64,000 nucleotides of DNA from Antechinus flavipes (taxonomy: Eukaryota), in NCBI RefSeq assembly GCF_016432865.1, contig NC_067399.1:679334001-679398000 (forward strand). The letters are read 5' to 3'. Every line of letters starts with the position of its first letter. Positions within the stretch are counted from its first letter, which is position 1. This document shows, piece after piece, positions 61,721 to 64,000 of the stretch. The notes under the pieces are model-generated. The model had not been told where the DNA came from, made no database searches, and saw nothing but the letters and a program-made list of their open reading frames with translations. A program made the position numbers and the translations under genes.

Positions 61721-64000
61721 CAGTCATTGTTAAGAAATCCCTGGCTGAGAGTCCCATGCTAGACAGGAGCAGATGCAAATCTTGAACTCAGGACTTCCTT
61801 CAGCACCTTCTGCTTCTCCACAGCCAAGACTAGAGTAAGAGAGCAAAGGAGAACTTGGCCCAATGTTGGATTTATTCTTTGCAAACTTACATGGTCAATA
61901 CTATCTCCCCAATTAAATATAAGCTTTTGGAGGGCAAATCATCTGTACCTTCTCCCTCACCAAAAAGCTTGGAACATAGTATTTAATCGATGCTTGTTGC
62001 TGGATTAACCAGAAATAACAGAGAAAGGAGGAAGCTCCTCATTGGTTCCTATCATTGAACTTTCCTAAACCACTAATGTCTAGTCTATGAACCTTCCTGT
62101 ACCTCACCCTTCTGGAGGGGAGAGGGAGGTTTAGTTAGTGTGACCCTCCTGTGATTTCACTGGAATAGGGAGCACTTGATGAACTGATCCCCCCTCCTCA
62201 CCCCTCCCTGGCCAAAGCAGATCAGTCCTTGCTCTGAAATCTCTCATTTTAAAGAGTGGACTGGCAACCTGAGAGCTCAGAGCCTTGTCCTGGGAGGCAC
62301 ACTCGGGAAATGGCAGAGAGGATTTAGAGGCAGGACTTTTTCCATTAAATAACATTGTCTTTTTCCTGAGTCCAGTGCTGGAACCCCAACACTGTGTCCC
62401 TTGTCGCTCCACCCATATCTTCAGGCTTTCTCATCAGCAAAAAGAAAAGAATTGAGCTTCATGATGCTGTAGAGTCTGGCCCACTCTGATACTTCCAAAT
62501 GATACATTTGGAAGGGGCTCTGTGACATCAGTACCAATTTCTGCCAGATTTAGAGGGAAAACAGATAGAGAATGAGGAATAATATTGACTTTGGGGGTAA
62601 ACATAATGACCCCTCCAAATAATGAGAAATTGGNNNNNNNNNNNNNNNNNNNNNNNNNNNNNNNNNNNNNNNNNNNNNNNNNNNNNNNNNNNNNNNNNNN
62701 NNNNNNNNNNNNNNNNNNNNNNNNNNNNNNNNNNNNNNNNNNNNNNNNNNNNNNNNNNNNNNNNNNNNNNNNNNNNNNNNNNNNNNNNNNNNNNNNNNNN
62801 NNNNNNNNNNNNNNNNNNNNNNNNGTGATATAATCTTTGTTTTTAAACTGCACAATTAGTCTAAAAGTAAAAATAAGAAAAAATCCTAATTTTATTAGCA
62901 AAATTTACTAGATTAATAAGACTTAGTATTCCATATAAAAATTTAGCATTAAATATTTAAAATGCTATTAATAAAATACTAGATTAATAAAGCCTAATAT
63001 TAAATATAAAAAATTAATTGGGTACAATACATCAGTTTAAACCTTGACAAAAAGAAAATATAAGAAGTCAGTGACCTTTTACAAGGAGGCCAAGTCTCTG
63101 GGTTATCAACAGGAGGGGGACTCAGTTCACCTGAAAAATCACAGTTTAAGTGTCTTTGCCAAGAAAGGACCTTCCTTCTCCCTGAGGCTCCTTGGTCCCA
63201 GGCTGGCAGAGACCTCAGAAAATCTCAAGGTTGATGTCTTCAGTTTACAATGAGAATTCACAAGGAGGCAAAATTATATGCTTTAAATCACACATAAGGA
63301 TTTGAACTCAGGTCTTCTGAGTTCTGAATCTCTGTTCTTTCCACTTCCCAGGCTCCCTCTCCTTGGCAGGACTCGGTTTGGCCCCTCATTAAGTGCGAAA
63401 TCCATTGATGCCCCAGTGACTTGGTCCAGAGGCCAGTACCTACAGCTGCTACAGAAGAAACAAGGGCTGGCCGACGGCCGACTTCTCCCCCTACTCTTGC
63501 CACAGACTTCCCTCATCTCCCCTGCTCCTCCAGGGACACCATTGGCCATCCCTATGCTGTCCTGTTCTGGGAGCATGTGGCTGCCCTCAGGAAAGGCTGC
63601 TGGAGCTGGGACAGGGAGTGCACAACTGGTGGACATCTGGGTAGAGGTGAGGGAGACTTCAAATCCAGGGTAAACTACAGACTGGTGACTATCACAGTGG
63701 GTGACCACAGTGACCAAAGGGGAACAAGACAGTCTCTTATCTCTTAGGTGTAAATAGAATAAAACAGGGGGAGGGAGATGGATATCCCCTGTTTCACAAA
63801 AGCACTTTTTGAGCTTTTCTGGAGGCAGGGCCATTGATATGTAATCTTATAGTGATGAAGAATTCCTGAAGGAGAGACTCCCTCTACTCTTTGTTCTGAA
63901 ATGCCTGGGCCTTTCCAAGTCTCCTGGACTAGTGTTATAGGTTGGTTGCTTATGTAGTTAGTTATAGGTGACTTTTCTGGGGTCACAAAGTATTACTTCA

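Noticed and set aside
1-64000. HPRT1/PHF6 exons and miR-106a~363-type miRNAs (checked because of the Rsx idea)
   Set aside because: No matching sequence found by eye; AAGTGCT hits are all in MIR, L2 or L1 contexts

Overview
Mammalian, almost certainly marsupial (probably dasyurid-type) genomic DNA from a gapped assembly with 13 N-runs. The lineage call rests on repeat families recognised from memory: MIR/MIR3 and marsupial CORE-SINEs, L1 3' ends, two RTE clades, L2 and L3/CR1. I find no protein-coding exon I can identify. The supplied ORFs are repeat remnants, low-complexity reads or gap artefacts. The window is non-coding and repeat-rich, with several GC/CpG-rich patches. The main one (about 38.4-40.3 kb) carries a 13-copy G-rich VNTR with an invariant hairpin core. 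Best leads: (1) a decayed coding-like segment at 12.68-13.00 kb whose motif order fits the linker, Cys cluster and GIY-YIG start of a Penelope-like retroelement; (2) the hairpin/G-quadruplex VNTR in a promoter-like island, possibly heading a spliced lncRNA; (3) two separate inverted duplications with 1.6-1.85 kb spacers; (4) old repeats that appear to have gained CpG; (5) dense transcription-factor motif clusters. All coordinates and alignments were read by eye; repeat boundaries are approximate.
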